Assembly (NCBI RefSeq): GCF_001564455.1
Contig: NZ_CP011391.1
Span: 330,001 to 362,000, forward strand
Source: Faecalibaculum rodentium
GTDB taxonomy: Bacteria > Bacillota_I > Bacilli_A > Erysipelotrichales > Erysipelotrichaceae
Length of the DNA: 32,000 bases
Reading direction: 5' to 3'
The translations under genes were made by a program, and so were the position numbers. Below are positions 8,231 through 16,655 of the stretch, piece after piece (position 1 is the stretch's first letter; each line of letters starts with the position of its first letter). A model generated the notes under the pieces. It saw nothing but the letters and a program-made list of their open reading frames with translations, ran no database searches and had not been told where the DNA came from.

Positions 8231-9070
8231 ATGGCTGAACGGCTTCATATCACAGCAGACAGGAACGGGACCGTGGAACAGCTTTTGGCCAGACAACCGG
8301 GTCTATCCCGGCGCCAGATCTCCCGGCTGAAGTTTCTGCCTGCAGGCCTTCTGGTCAATGGGATTCCTGCCAGATCCGTCACCCCGGTAAAACCTGGAGA
8401 CGACGTGTCTCTCTGGCTGCATGAAAGCAGCCACCGGCATCCGGTTCCGTACCGGATTCTCTTTGAAGATGCCCTGCTGCTGGTGGTGGACAAACCCGCC
8501 GGGCTGGTGGTTCATCCCAGCCCCGGGCATGAACAGGATTCCATGCAGAGCGTTCTGGAAGCTGCGCTGGGTCATCCCTTGTATCTCAAGGGACGCCTGG
8601 ATAAAGACACTTCCGGGATCCTGGTATTCGGCAAGGCCTCCTGGGTTCCGTCCCTGACAAAAACGAAAAAACGGTATCTGGCCCTGTGCCATGGACAGGT
8701 GCAGCCGCAGGTCATCTGCACTCCGCTCAAACTGCAGGACCGGACAATGGTCCCGTCTCTGGATGGGAAAAGCGCCTTGACCTATGTAACACCGGTCAGA
8801 TCCATCCCCGGCGGTACACTGGTCTCCGTGAAAATCGAGCATGGGCGCATGCATCAGATCCGGGCCCATATGGCATCAGCTGGTCATCCGCTGCTCCAGG
8901 ATCCTTTGTATGGTTCCTCCTGTGAATCCGGAGCGTCAGCCACAGAAGGAAGAGCCATGCTGCACTGCGCTGCCGTCACCCTCCGCCATCCTGTCACCGG
9001 CGACCGGCTGGATCTCGCTGCAAGGCTTCCAGACGACTTTCTGGCTCTTTGCGGCGTATCATCTCCATAG
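8231..9070 (+). CDS. RluA-family 23S/tRNA pseudouridine synthase
   Basis: ATG 8231 after AAAGGAGG. S4-like N-terminus, VVDKPAGLVVHP, catalytic GRLDKDTSG, and HGRMHQIRAH. Confidence 0.9.
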   Translation: MAERLHITADRNGTVEQLLARQPGLSRRQISRLKFLPAGLLVNGIPARSVTPVKPGDDVSLWLHESSHRHPVPYRILFEDALLLVVDKPAGLVVHPSPGHEQDSMQSVLEAALGHPLYLKGRLDKDTSGILVFGKASWVPSLTKTKKRYLALCHGQVQPQVICTPLKLQDRTMVPSLDGKSALTYVTPVRSIPGGTLVSVKIEHGRMHQIRAHMASAGHPLLQDPLYGSSCESGASATEGRAMLHCAAVTLRHPVTGDRLDLAARLPDDFLALCGVSSP

Positions 9071-9118
9071 AATGAAATCTGACCGGCGCTGCAGGCAGCC
9101 CGGTCCGGGAGGTCCTGT

Positions 9119-9730
9119 ATGGAAGCACGACTGCTGTCTCTTTTCATTGGCTATGTCTTTGGCTGCATTCTGTTCAGCCCCATCGTGGCGCGGGCAGCCG
9201 GGAAAAACATCTACGAAGAAGGATCGGGGAATCCGGGCATGGCCAACACAGGCCGCGTCCTGGGGACAAAGGCTGCAGCCCTGGTGCTCCTGGGCGACGG
9301 CATGAAAACCGTTCTGGCCATTGTGATCTGCCGCTGGCTCTTTCCTGCCGCCGGCGACATCCTCACCCTTTATGCGGGACTGGGTGCAGCCATCGGCCAT
9401 TGTTATCCCTTCTGGCGCGAATTCCAGGGCGGAAAGGGTGTGGCTGTCCTGGCTGTCACCTATGTGCTGTATGCCCCTGTCTGGGGAATCCTGTCCCTGC
9501 TGACAGGCGGCATCTGTGTTCTATGCAAGATGGGCCTGAAGTGGGGGGCGGCTGTCATTTCCCTGACTTTTTCGGTCTGCACCGGCCTGATGGGCGGCAG
9601 AGAAGCATTCTTTGTTTCGCTGGTCATGGTGGCACTGATGATCCTGCGCAACAGCCGGAAAACACTCCTGGACAAGGCAGAAGAGAAACCGGCGCAGGAA
9701 AACAAAGAGAACAACGGCAAAGAGAACTGA
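9119..9730 (+). CDS. plsY: glycerol-3-phosphate acyltransferase PlsY
   Basis: GSGNPGMANTGR and HCYPFWREFQGGKGVA motifs in a multi-TM 203-aa protein. SD GGGAGG lies 6 nt upstream. Confidence 0.9.
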   Translation: MEARLLSLFIGYVFGCILFSPIVARAAGKNIYEEGSGNPGMANTGRVLGTKAAALVLLGDGMKTVLAIVICRWLFPAAGDILTLYAGLGAAIGHCYPFWREFQGGKGVAVLAVTYVLYAPVWGILSLLTGGICVLCKMGLKWGAAVISLTFSVCTGLMGGREAFFVSLVMVALMILRNSRKTLLDKAEEKPAQENKENNGKEN

Positions 9731-9738
9731 ATTTCTCC

Positions 9739-9774
9739 AGGCGGTTTTCAGAACAGAAGGCGCCTTTTCTTTTG
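9739..9774 (+). terminator. possible terminator after plsY
   Basis: 5-bp GC stem AGGCG (9739-9743) / CGCCT (9761-9765) with a 17-nt loop, then TTTTCTTTTG. The short stem makes it only moderately convincing. Confidence 0.4.
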
Positions 9775-9779
9775 TGCAT

Positions 9780-9808
9780 TGGACACGTGGAACGCGCAAT
9801 GGCATAAT
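9780..9808 (+). promoter_or_regulatory. candidate promoter of the metalloprotease gene (possibly giving a leaderless mRNA)
   Basis: TGGACA (9780-9785), 17 nt spacer ending in TGG, CATAAT (9803-9808). ATG 9816 begins 7 nt after the -10 and has no SD. Confidence 0.45.
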
Positions 9809-9815
9809 GAGCCAC

Positions 9816-10862
9816 ATGAAGCGACACGCTGTTTTTCACATCACATTCGGCACCATCCTCGGCACGGCACTGGTCTTCAGCCTGATTTACTGGGGACTGC
9901 CCTGGATCCTGGAATACTTCGGATACCCTGGTGATCTGCTGCTGGATCGGAATATGCGGCTGTATTTCGGAGGGCTATGGGCCGTCGTCCACTTTCTCCG
10001 CTCGGGGCTGCGGCATTCGAAGCTGGGGTTCTTCCTGCGCTTTATCCGGGCCTGTCTGCTCATTGCGGCTTTGTGCTTGACGGGATATTACGTCTATGAA
10101 TACATGCTGCCGGATCATTCCATCGAGCAGTTCCGGCAGATCTTCGACCAGGCGAAGGAAGCGGTCCAGAAACAGCAGGTGAGTCTTGACGGATACACTT
10201 ACACGGATCAGCGTGACGGACTTCCGGAAGTGGGGATCCAGGCAGCGGTGTCGCAGGAAGAGGCGGCGCAGATCCTGGAAGAAAACGTCTACTGCCTGCC
10301 GGACTGGCTGCTGCAGCAGACCAACGTGATCCGGGTCCTGGACGATGCAGCCTTCACCCGGGCCATGGCGGAACACAACATCCAGGCGGGGGGGCTGGTT
10401 GCGGGATTCTCCACCTATTCCTATACCGACAACGGAACCGGACTGCTGGAGAGCAACCATGATGAGGAAGTGTTTCTGCGCCTCGAGAGCCTGGAGCCTT
10501 CCACCACAGCCCATGAGCTGACCCACTGCTTCGACTTCGAGCATGACATTACGCAGAAAAATGCCGACAGCGAGTATACGGAAACTGTGCGTCGGATCTA
10601 TGAATCGCAGCCTGCCCTGATTTCCGCCTACGGCGCCACCGACATCAGCGAATTTTTCGCCGAAGCCGGGTCCCTGTACATCATGGATCCGGGACTTCTG
10701 CAGCAGAAGAGTCCGGAACTGTATGGTGTGCTTGAAGCGCTCTTTGGCCCCACGGGAGAGGGAGTCCCCTCTTCCCAGGAGGGATTTGACCTGCAGCAGT
10801 GGCTCCGTGATCTGCAGCTGCCCGACATACAGTGGCCGGATCTGTCCAGTCTGCACTTCTGA
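9816..10862 (+). CDS. membrane-anchored zinc metalloprotease with a lethal-factor-like (ATLF/M34-type) HExxH...EFFAE signature
   Basis: Three N-terminal hydrophobic segments. Then HELTH followed 47 aa later by SEFFAEAG, matching the HEFGH...EFFAEAF arrangement of anthrax lethal factor. Alternative in-frame starts at 9774 (GTG) and 9807 (ATG). Confidence 0.7.
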   Translation: MKRHAVFHITFGTILGTALVFSLIYWGLPWILEYFGYPGDLLLDRNMRLYFGGLWAVVHFLRSGLRHSKLGFFLRFIRACLLIAALCLTGYYVYEYMLPDHSIEQFRQIFDQAKEAVQKQQVSLDGYTYTDQRDGLPEVGIQAAVSQEEAAQILEENVYCLPDWLLQQTNVIRVLDDAAFTRAMAEHNIQAGGLVAGFSTYSYTDNGTGLLESNHDEEVFLRLESLEPSTTAHELTHCFDFEHDITQKNADSEYTETVRRIYESQPALISAYGATDISEFFAEAGSLYIMDPGLLQQKSPELYGVLEALFGPTGEGVPSSQEGFDLQQWLRDLQLPDIQWPDLSSLHF

Positions 10863-10921
10863 GGCCAGGCAGCAGAAGGTGCCGGTGATGGCAGATATAC
10901 AGCAGCCGGTAATAGAACCAT

Positions 10922-10971
10922 AAAAAAAACGGGAACCCCTCTGCATTAGACAATGCACGGGTTCCCGTTTT
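10922..10971. terminator. bidirectional terminator between convergent genes
   Basis: A8, then AACGGGAACCC...GGGTTCCCGTT with inner stem GCATT/AATGC, then TTTT. Confidence 0.8.
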
Positions 10972-11001
10972 CATGGTATGCATGAAGCTTTTGTGCCTGC
11001 T

Positions 11002-11559
11002 CTATTCCACAAATACAACTTTGTACTCCCGGTCATGCTGCCTGCCGATGCTCGCAATATAGGAGGACAGGAGCTCTTTGTAGCGCTGCTTTGCGCGCTT
11101 TATCAGGTCCTGGTCATTTTGAATGGAATCCAGCATCTCCAATTTCGCATCTTTGAACATCTGCTCCTGTTCCTCGGGGGTGATGGGATTTTTGACCAGC
11201 CAGGCATCTTCGGTGACATAGGGGTCTTTGGCGTTCTTTGTATCGATGTGAACAGTAATTTCAGGGTCAGGAACGGTGATGTTGAATGTTTCGCCGGTTT
11301 TGGACACGCCGCTTTCCTTCAGGGAGTAGCTGACCTCCACAGTCCCGTCATATTCCTGCCAGTACTTCCGGGCTTTCTTGAAGAGGGATGACAGGCCGTC
11401 CCCGCGGTTTTTGTCGCAACTCGCGACCGTATGAAAGCCCATTTTCATTACGGTCAGACTTCCGGCAGAGCAGACAGCTGCCGGTTCCGGGTCAGGCTGC
11501 ACCCGGGCGCAGCCCGAGAAGATGAGAACCGCCAGAAGAACGATTTTACTTTTTTTCAT
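11002..11559 (-). CDS. lipoprotein, DUF4230-like
   Basis: True start is ATG 11559, 9 nt after AGGAGG. MKKSKIVLLAVLIFSGC has a lipobox. The C-terminal pattern (ITVPDPEI..., ...RAKQRYKELLSSYI...YKVVFVE) resembles DUF4230 as I remember it. Overlaps the upstream gene by 14 nt. Confidence 0.7.
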   Translation of the reverse strand: MKKSKIVLLAVLIFSGCARVQPDPEPAAVCSAGSLTVMKMGFHTVASCDKNRGDGLSSLFKKARKYWQEYDGTVEVSYSLKESGVSKTGETFNITVPDPEITVHIDTKNAKDPYVTEDAWLVKNPITPEEQEQMFKDAKLEMLDSIQNDQDLIKRAKQRYKELLSSYIASIGRQHDREYKVVFVE

Positions 11560-12220
11560 CAGATGGTGCCTCCTGTTCCGGTTTCTCTGTATCGGATTTA
11601 TCGCCCGTTTTTGTTTCTGCAGACGAGGCCGTTGCCGGTGCTTCTGTGACCACCGTGACATGATATTCGCCGCCTGTAATGGACTCCGTGAACTCTTTCA
11701 GAATTGTCCTGGCGTTTTCATTGGCTGTCTCGTTGAGGTTGACATCCTTGAGCACCCGTTTTTTCAGGTCGGCTTCTGCAGCTTTTCTGGCTTCCACGAA
11801 TCCTTTCTCGTTATTCGGTGCTTCAGGAAGATATTTGAATCCATCCAGCAGTTCATATTCCAGCTGGACTGGCCGCATCGTCACGACCAGTTCCCTGCTT
11901 TCCTCGTTTCCTTCCACCTGGATTTCGCTGAAATCTGTATTCATTTTGATGATTCCGTTGTACCAGACATGATACAGGGGCTTTTTCTGTTCTTTGTCCT
12001 GGTACACAGTGGCTACTGCGGAGTACGGCGTGTTCATGACCCGCAGGGAGCTGGCGTTTTCCAGTGACTGGAGAGAAGACTTGACTTCCATTGCGGTTTC
12101 CGGCGGCCTGCCCACCACAAACCGGTTGACTCTGTAGCCGCAGTAAACCACGACAGCAAGGACTGCAATCAGCAGACAGATGTTCACGGCGGTCGGGAGC
12201 TTTTTCAGTCCCTTCCACAA
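11546..12220 (-). CDS. membrane-anchored DUF4230-like protein with an acidic/Thr-rich tail (TTG start)
   Basis: N-terminal TM LPTAVNICLLIAVLAVVVYCGY. Body is paralogous in pattern to the downstream lipoprotein (VVTMRPVQLEYEL..., ENARTILKEF...YHVTVV). No in-frame ATG or GTG lies upstream of the TTG. Confidence 0.6.
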   Translation of the reverse strand: MWKGLKKLPTAVNICLLIAVLAVVVYCGYRVNRFVVGRPPETAMEVKSSLQSLENASSLRVMNTPYSAVATVYQDKEQKKPLYHVWYNGIIKMNTDFSEIQVEGNEESRELVVTMRPVQLEYELLDGFKYLPEAPNNEKGFVEARKAAEADLKKRVLKDVNLNETANENARTILKEFTESITGGEYHVTVVTEAPATASSAETKTGDKSDTEKPEQEAPSDEKK

Positions 12221-12300
12221 GGACCTGCCAAAGGATTTTGCTTTATCATGTCTGTTTTTTCTTCATTCATAATTTTCAGCCTTTCCAACTATCACCTTTG

Positions 12301-12328
12301 AGTATAACGAGCAGAAATTGGGCTGCAA
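12301..12328 (-). promoter_or_regulatory. candidate promoter of the DUF4230-pair operon
   Basis: Minus strand: TTGCAG (12328-12323), 16 nt spacer, TATACT (12306-12301). Confidence 0.5.
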
Positions 12329-12351
12329 GGGCTTTCAAATGAAGAATATAC

Positions 12352-12382
12352 ACAAAAAAGGATGCAGCTCTTCACTGCATCC
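12352..12382 (-). terminator. rho-independent terminator of the ParB-like/BMP-phosphoesterase operon
   Basis: Minus strand: GGATGCAG-tgaagag-CTGCATCC followed by TTTTTTGTG. Confidence 0.8.
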
Positions 12383-12422
12383 GTATGATCCGGTCTCTAT
12401 GATTCTGTCTGTCCCGGTCCGG

Positions 12423-13085
12423 TTACTGCTCCAGCTGACTGCCTCCGTCACCATCGGCAGACCGGTGTGTATCTCCGTTTTCCGGCACCTCGACTTCCAC
12501 AACATACTTGCCGAAGGCATTTACGGTGGACGTATCACCGAGCCTGGACACCCGGGGGGTGTTGGCGTCATAGCTCAGGTGCATGTGGCCGTAAAAGAAC
12601 CAGGAAGGACGGTACTTTTCAATCAGGCGGTTGAAACAAGGGAACCCTTCATGGGCACCTTTGCCGTCTCCGTGGTCTTTGGCAGGAGAATGTGTGACCA
12701 GCACATCGAATCCTTTTTTCCGCCACAGCGGATACCACAGTTTGTGGATCCGCTTCTCCATCTGGACTTCGGTGTACTGAAACGGCCCCTTTTTGTACCG
12801 GCGGCTGCCCCCCAGGCCCAGGAACCGGATCCCCTGGTATTCGTAGATCTCGTCTTCGATGCAGATGCACCCCTCGGGAGGGTTTGTGACGTATTTCTCG
12901 TCATGGTTCCCGCAGACATACAGGACGGGTCCGTTGAACATTGTGGCGAGAAATGTCAGGTACCGGGCGGGGAGATCGCCGCAGGAAATGATCATGTCAA
13001 TGTCCTGCAGCATCGAGCGGTCAAAGTGATCGTACAGGGCCCGGTCGATTTCATCCGAGAGCACCAGGACCCTGAGTTTCTTCAT
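12423..13085 (-). CDS. calcineurin-like metallophosphoesterase
   Basis: Motifs VLVLSDEID, CGDL, VCGNHD, LVTHSP and YGHMH. Start overlaps the upstream stop by 4 nt. Confidence 0.85.
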   Translation of the reverse strand: MKKLRVLVLSDEIDRALYDHFDRSMLQDIDMIISCGDLPARYLTFLATMFNGPVLYVCGNHDEKYVTNPPEGCICIEDEIYEYQGIRFLGLGGSRRYKKGPFQYTEVQMEKRIHKLWYPLWRKKGFDVLVTHSPAKDHGDGKGAHEGFPCFNRLIEKYRPSWFFYGHMHLSYDANTPRVSRLGDTSTVNAFGKYVVEVEVPENGDTHRSADGDGGSQLEQ

Positions 13086-14968
13086 GCGGACTCCTTTACC
13101 CGGGAAATGCCATGGGTGCGAATCACGCCTGTGGCTTCGTCCGTGAAGTCATCCAGCCCCGGAATGGAGCCGATGATGTTCGACAGCAGCCAGTCCATGT
13201 CCATGAGCTGCTCTGTACTCAGTGTTTCTCCCTGGCGGCACCGGATCTGCCCCTCCTGGTCCCGGAGTTCATCCCGGAAGGGACGCAGCCCGTGCCGCAG
13301 GTTTTCCCGGACAATGCCGATCAGGCGCCGGGTCTGTTCGGGAACCACTTTTGTCATCTCCAGGTCAATCATGCCATTGGAGACCCCCCACCAGTAATTG
13401 ACAGACTGCCCGGCCTCGCCGTGTTCCTCATACCACCGGCGGTTGCGGATCCGCTGCATCATCTTGGTGTAGAACTGTCCCCAGTACTCGAGATCGTAGG
13501 TGACTTTCACGAATTTTCCCTCCCGCAGGTCGTACAGCCCGAATTCCCGGCTCGTGATCACATTGGGGTCAAAATCGATGCCCGCAATGAAGACCAGGTC
13601 CGTATCCCGCGGAATGTGCCCTGCACTTTCCTTGGTGGTGGACCAGTCGAGGTAGACCCGCGCTTCGGGGTTGGTCATCAGCGCACCCAGGGCAAAGGCG
13701 TTCAGGCTGGCAATGTTTCCGTAAATGGGATAATCCGCGAGGTAGCCGATGTGCCCCGAAACCGTCAGGATACCCGCAATGAGCCCCGACAGGAACTGAG
13801 ATTCATACCGGCGCCCGAAATACGTCCGGATGTGGCCGGTCAGCGTGTTGAGGCTGCAGTTGAACATCTTGATCTCCGGATGGGCCGCGCCAAAGCGGAT
13901 GCTGGAGCGCAGCATTTCCGGACTGGTGGTGAAAATGACGTCATAGCCTTTCTTCACGGCTTCCTCCATCGCCGCCATTTCCTGCTCCGGGGTGTTCACC
14001 TCGAACCACGCCCTGGTGTCCACCTCCGGCATTTCCCGGTTCAGGTAGGCCCGGCCCTGTTCGTGATGTCTGGTCCAGGCACTGGTTTCCGGATCCCGCC
14101 GGTAAATGAATGCAGCCCGGGGTTCACCGTAGAGCCGGGAGAGCAGGGACTTGCGGTCCTCCTCTGTGTCGGTTTCCACCGTCGCCCTCGGTTTTTCCGG
14201 CCAGACGGAGAAATCCGCCCAGACTTTGCGGATCTGCCGCTCGAGCTCACCGTTGCCAATGTCGTCAAAGTCCTTCAGGCCGTAGATCTCCAGAAACAGC
14301 AGGAAGGCATCTCCGGCCGGGATCTGCAGCTGGCTGCCGCCCAGCTTCAGGAAGATCTGTGAGAAGCGGTTCCAGGCAGACCGGACATCCTCCCGCATTT
14401 TTTCGCTCCAGGGCTCGTCATCTGCGCCCAGAACAAAGTCCAGCCGCTTCCAGCTGCCGGGGGTGACGAAGTGCAGATAGGACGCGCCGGTTTTTGCCTG
14501 CGCCTCCAGGGATTCGAAGTAGGCCTCCATTTCCGGAGAATGATCGTTTTCCGGAATCAGCCGGGTGACTTTGGCCATGATCTCAGGCGCCTTCAGGTAT
14601 TTCAGGACCGAGACCCGCTTGTTTCCTTCCTGGACATAGAAATGTCCGAGGTATTCGACGCACAGGATCGGCTCCCGGATGCCTTCCTCCAGCTGAGCTT
14701 CATACAGACGCGTCCATTTTCCGGCGAACTCGCTCGCAGGCTCGAGCAGGGGCATGAAATCCGCCGCAAAGGAATTCGTGCGTCCGCGCGTGCGTGTGCC
14801 CGTGACGCGGTCCAGGGGAATGGCAGTGACCGGCAGTTCCTGGGTTTTCAGGATCTTCAGTTTTTCGTCCTCCAGAGCCGGCAGGTAGGGATCCAGGCCC
14901 TCCGCCGCGCGGGTTTTGACACACCGCAGGCCGATTTTCCGTGCCTGTTCATATACTTCAAGGGACAT
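13082..14968 (-). CDS. cytoplasmic fusion protein: N-terminal ParB/Srx-like domain plus C-terminal BMP/PnrA-like (periplasmic-binding-fold) domain
   Basis: SD AAGGAGG lies 6 nt upstream; no signal peptide. N-terminus: PVTAIPLDRV...REPILCVEYLGHFYVQEGNKRVSVLKYL (ParB-like, with EGNKR where DGxHR sits). C-terminus: YDVIFTTSPEM, GYLADYPIYGNIASLNAFALGA and NYWWG, as in BMP-family binding proteins. Confidence 0.7.
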   Translation of the reverse strand: MSLEVYEQARKIGLRCVKTRAAEGLDPYLPALEDEKLKILKTQELPVTAIPLDRVTGTRTRGRTNSFAADFMPLLEPASEFAGKWTRLYEAQLEEGIREPILCVEYLGHFYVQEGNKRVSVLKYLKAPEIMAKVTRLIPENDHSPEMEAYFESLEAQAKTGASYLHFVTPGSWKRLDFVLGADDEPWSEKMREDVRSAWNRFSQIFLKLGGSQLQIPAGDAFLLFLEIYGLKDFDDIGNGELERQIRKVWADFSVWPEKPRATVETDTEEDRKSLLSRLYGEPRAAFIYRRDPETSAWTRHHEQGRAYLNREMPEVDTRAWFEVNTPEQEMAAMEEAVKKGYDVIFTTSPEMLRSSIRFGAAHPEIKMFNCSLNTLTGHIRTYFGRRYESQFLSGLIAGILTVSGHIGYLADYPIYGNIASLNAFALGALMTNPEARVYLDWSTTKESAGHIPRDTDLVFIAGIDFDPNVITSREFGLYDLREGKFVKVTYDLEYWGQFYTKMMQRIRNRRWYEEHGEAGQSVNYWWGVSNGMIDLEMTKVVPEQTRRLIGIVRENLRHGLRPFRDELRDQEGQIRCRQGETLSTEQLMDMDWLLSNIIGSIPGLDDFTDEATGVIRTHGISRVKESA

Positions 14969-15194
14969 ACAGGTCCTCCTTTTTTTGTTTCTCTTTTTAT
15001 CATTTTATGCTATATCGTCCGCTGCATGAGGCGGTATGAACCACCACTGCCCAAAAGACGGAAGACAGCCTGACAGAGTTCGGTCTTTAGGGACGGGTCT
15101 GTGACTATGACCATCCCGTTTTGACCGGCGGTATCCGACATATTCGCAGAAGGTTTGCGCTTGATCAGCACCGTTGTAATCCCGCAATATCCGG

Positions 15195-15264
15195 ATACAG
15201 AAATCCCCGTTCTGCAGTGGCTGACCGGTTCCCGGAAGAACCTGGATACCCGGCAGAACGGGGG
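15195..15264 (-). terminator. possible terminator/long hairpin after the MATE gene
   Basis: Minus strand: CCCCGTTCTGC...GCAGAACGGGG (11 bp) enclosing a GGTTC/GAACC sub-hairpin, followed by ATTTCTGT. The U-tract is weak. Confidence 0.35.
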
Positions 15265-15278
15265 ATTGAATGAAAGAT

Positions 15279-16655
15279 TCAGGCTGTTCCGGGATCCTGA
15301 GGCTGTTTTCCGTACAGAGGCCGGATCTGGGTGCGGATGACCCGCCGCAGACCGAAGGTCGTGATCACGACTGCCACGATTTCCGCCAGCGGGAACGCCA
15401 GCCATACCAGGTTCAGCTGGCCGGTTCTCGACAGCAGCCACGCCAGGGGAATCAGTGCCCCGAGCTGCCGCACAATAGACACCCACATGGCAATCATGCC
15501 ATGGCCCATGGCCTGGAAAAAGGAACCGCAGATGATCCCGAATCCCGCGGGCACAAAGCACAGGGAGATGATGCGCAGCGCCGGAATGCCAATGGATTTC
15601 ATATTGTCGCTGGCCTGGAACAGATCCAGGAACGTGCCCGGCAGCAGCTGAAACAGCAGCAGTCCGACACCCATGATCGACAGGGCATAGGCGATGGCCA
15701 GCTTCAGGGTCTTCATGATCCGCACCGGCTTCGCCGCCCCGTAGTTGTAGGCCACGATCGGCACCATGCCGTTGTTCAGCCCGAAAATGGGCATGAAGAC
15801 AAAGCTCTGGAGCTTGAAATAAACCCCGAGGACCGCCGCCGCGGTGGTGGAGAATGATATCAGGATCTGGTTCATGGAGAAGGTCATGATGCTGCCGATG
15901 GACTGCAGAATGATGGACGGCAGACCCACACTGTAAATGTGCCCGATGATTCCCCGGTCAGGCCGGAAACCCCGAAACCGGATCTGGATCTCCCGGTTTA
16001 GGCGGCTGTTGAACCACACCCCCAGGAGGCCGCCGATGATCTGCCCCGTGACTGTGGCAATGGCGGCGCCCGCCACACCCAGTGCCGGGAAGCCGAACAG
16101 CCCGAAGATCATGATGGGATCCAGCACAATGTTGATGGCGGCTCCTGCCAGCTGGCTGACCATCGTGAGATTCGTCCGGCCGGTGGAGGCGAGGATCTTT
16201 TCATTCATTGTCTGCAGAAACAGACCGATGCCGAATACCGACACGATCCACATATACTGGAATCCTTCTTCTGCAATGACAGCGGAAGAAGTCTGCAGGG
16301 TGAAAAATGGCCGGGAAATCAGCATACCCGTTACCGCAAACACCAGGTAGCTGGTCATCGCCAGGAAAATGCCGTTTTCGGCCGTCGAATTCGCCGATCT
16401 CTGGTCTTTTTCCCCCAGACACCGGGAGAGCCAGGCATTCACACCCACGCCCGTTCCCACCCCCACGGCAATCATCAGGTTCTGCCAGGGAAATGCCAGG
16501 GACACCGCCGTCAGGGCGTCCTCACTGAGACTCGCCACGAAGATCGAGTCCACCACGTTGTACAGCGCCTGCACCAGCATGGAGACCATCATGGGCACAG
16601 ACATGGAAACCAGCAGCCGGTTCACCGGCTGGACACCCATTTTGTTTTCGTTCAA
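15279..16655 (-). CDS. MATE-family multidrug/toxic compound efflux transporter
   Basis: 458 aa, 12-TM-like. N-terminus PVNRLLVSMSVPMMVSMLVQALYNVVDSIFVA is typical of MATE (NorM/MepA-like). TTG start lies 8 nt after AAAGGAG; an alternative ATG is at 16640. Confidence 0.9.
   Translation of the reverse strand: MNENKMGVQPVNRLLVSMSVPMMVSMLVQALYNVVDSIFVASLSEDALTAVSLAFPWQNLMIAVGVGTGVGVNAWLSRCLGEKDQRSANSTAENGIFLAMTSYLVFAVTGMLISRPFFTLQTSSAVIAEEGFQYMWIVSVFGIGLFLQTMNEKILASTGRTNLTMVSQLAGAAINIVLDPIMIFGLFGFPALGVAGAAIATVTGQIIGGLLGVWFNSRLNREIQIRFRGFRPDRGIIGHIYSVGLPSIILQSIGSIMTFSMNQILISFSTTAAAVLGVYFKLQSFVFMPIFGLNNGMVPIVAYNYGAAKPVRIMKTLKLAIAYALSIMGVGLLLFQLLPGTFLDLFQASDNMKSIGIPALRIISLCFVPAGFGIICGSFFQAMGHGMIAMWVSIVRQLGALIPLAWLLSRTGQLNLVWLAFPLAEIVAVVITTFGLRRVIRTQIRPLYGKQPQDPGTA

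Noticed and set aside
9975-10958. 327-aa minus-strand ORF opposite the metalloprotease gene
   Set aside because: Antisense shadow with no motifs and no SD. It also runs through the bidirectional terminator.
12205-12270. Frameshifted N-terminus of the DUF4230-like gene (uORF fused to the main ORF)
   Set aside because: Changing the A-run by a single base does not cleanly join the frames. One base fewer gives an immediate TGA. In addition, the TTG-initiated product already has a normal N-terminal anchor. I retained only the uORF/TTG observation.
12318-14362. 359-aa and 416-aa plus-strand ORFs (12318..13397 and 13112..14362) opposite the phosphoesterase and ParB-like/BMP-like genes
   Set aside because: Antisense shadows. 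Their products are Pro/Arg/Gly/Val-rich and they have no SD, while the minus-strand products carry GNHD/GHMH and BMP-like motifs.
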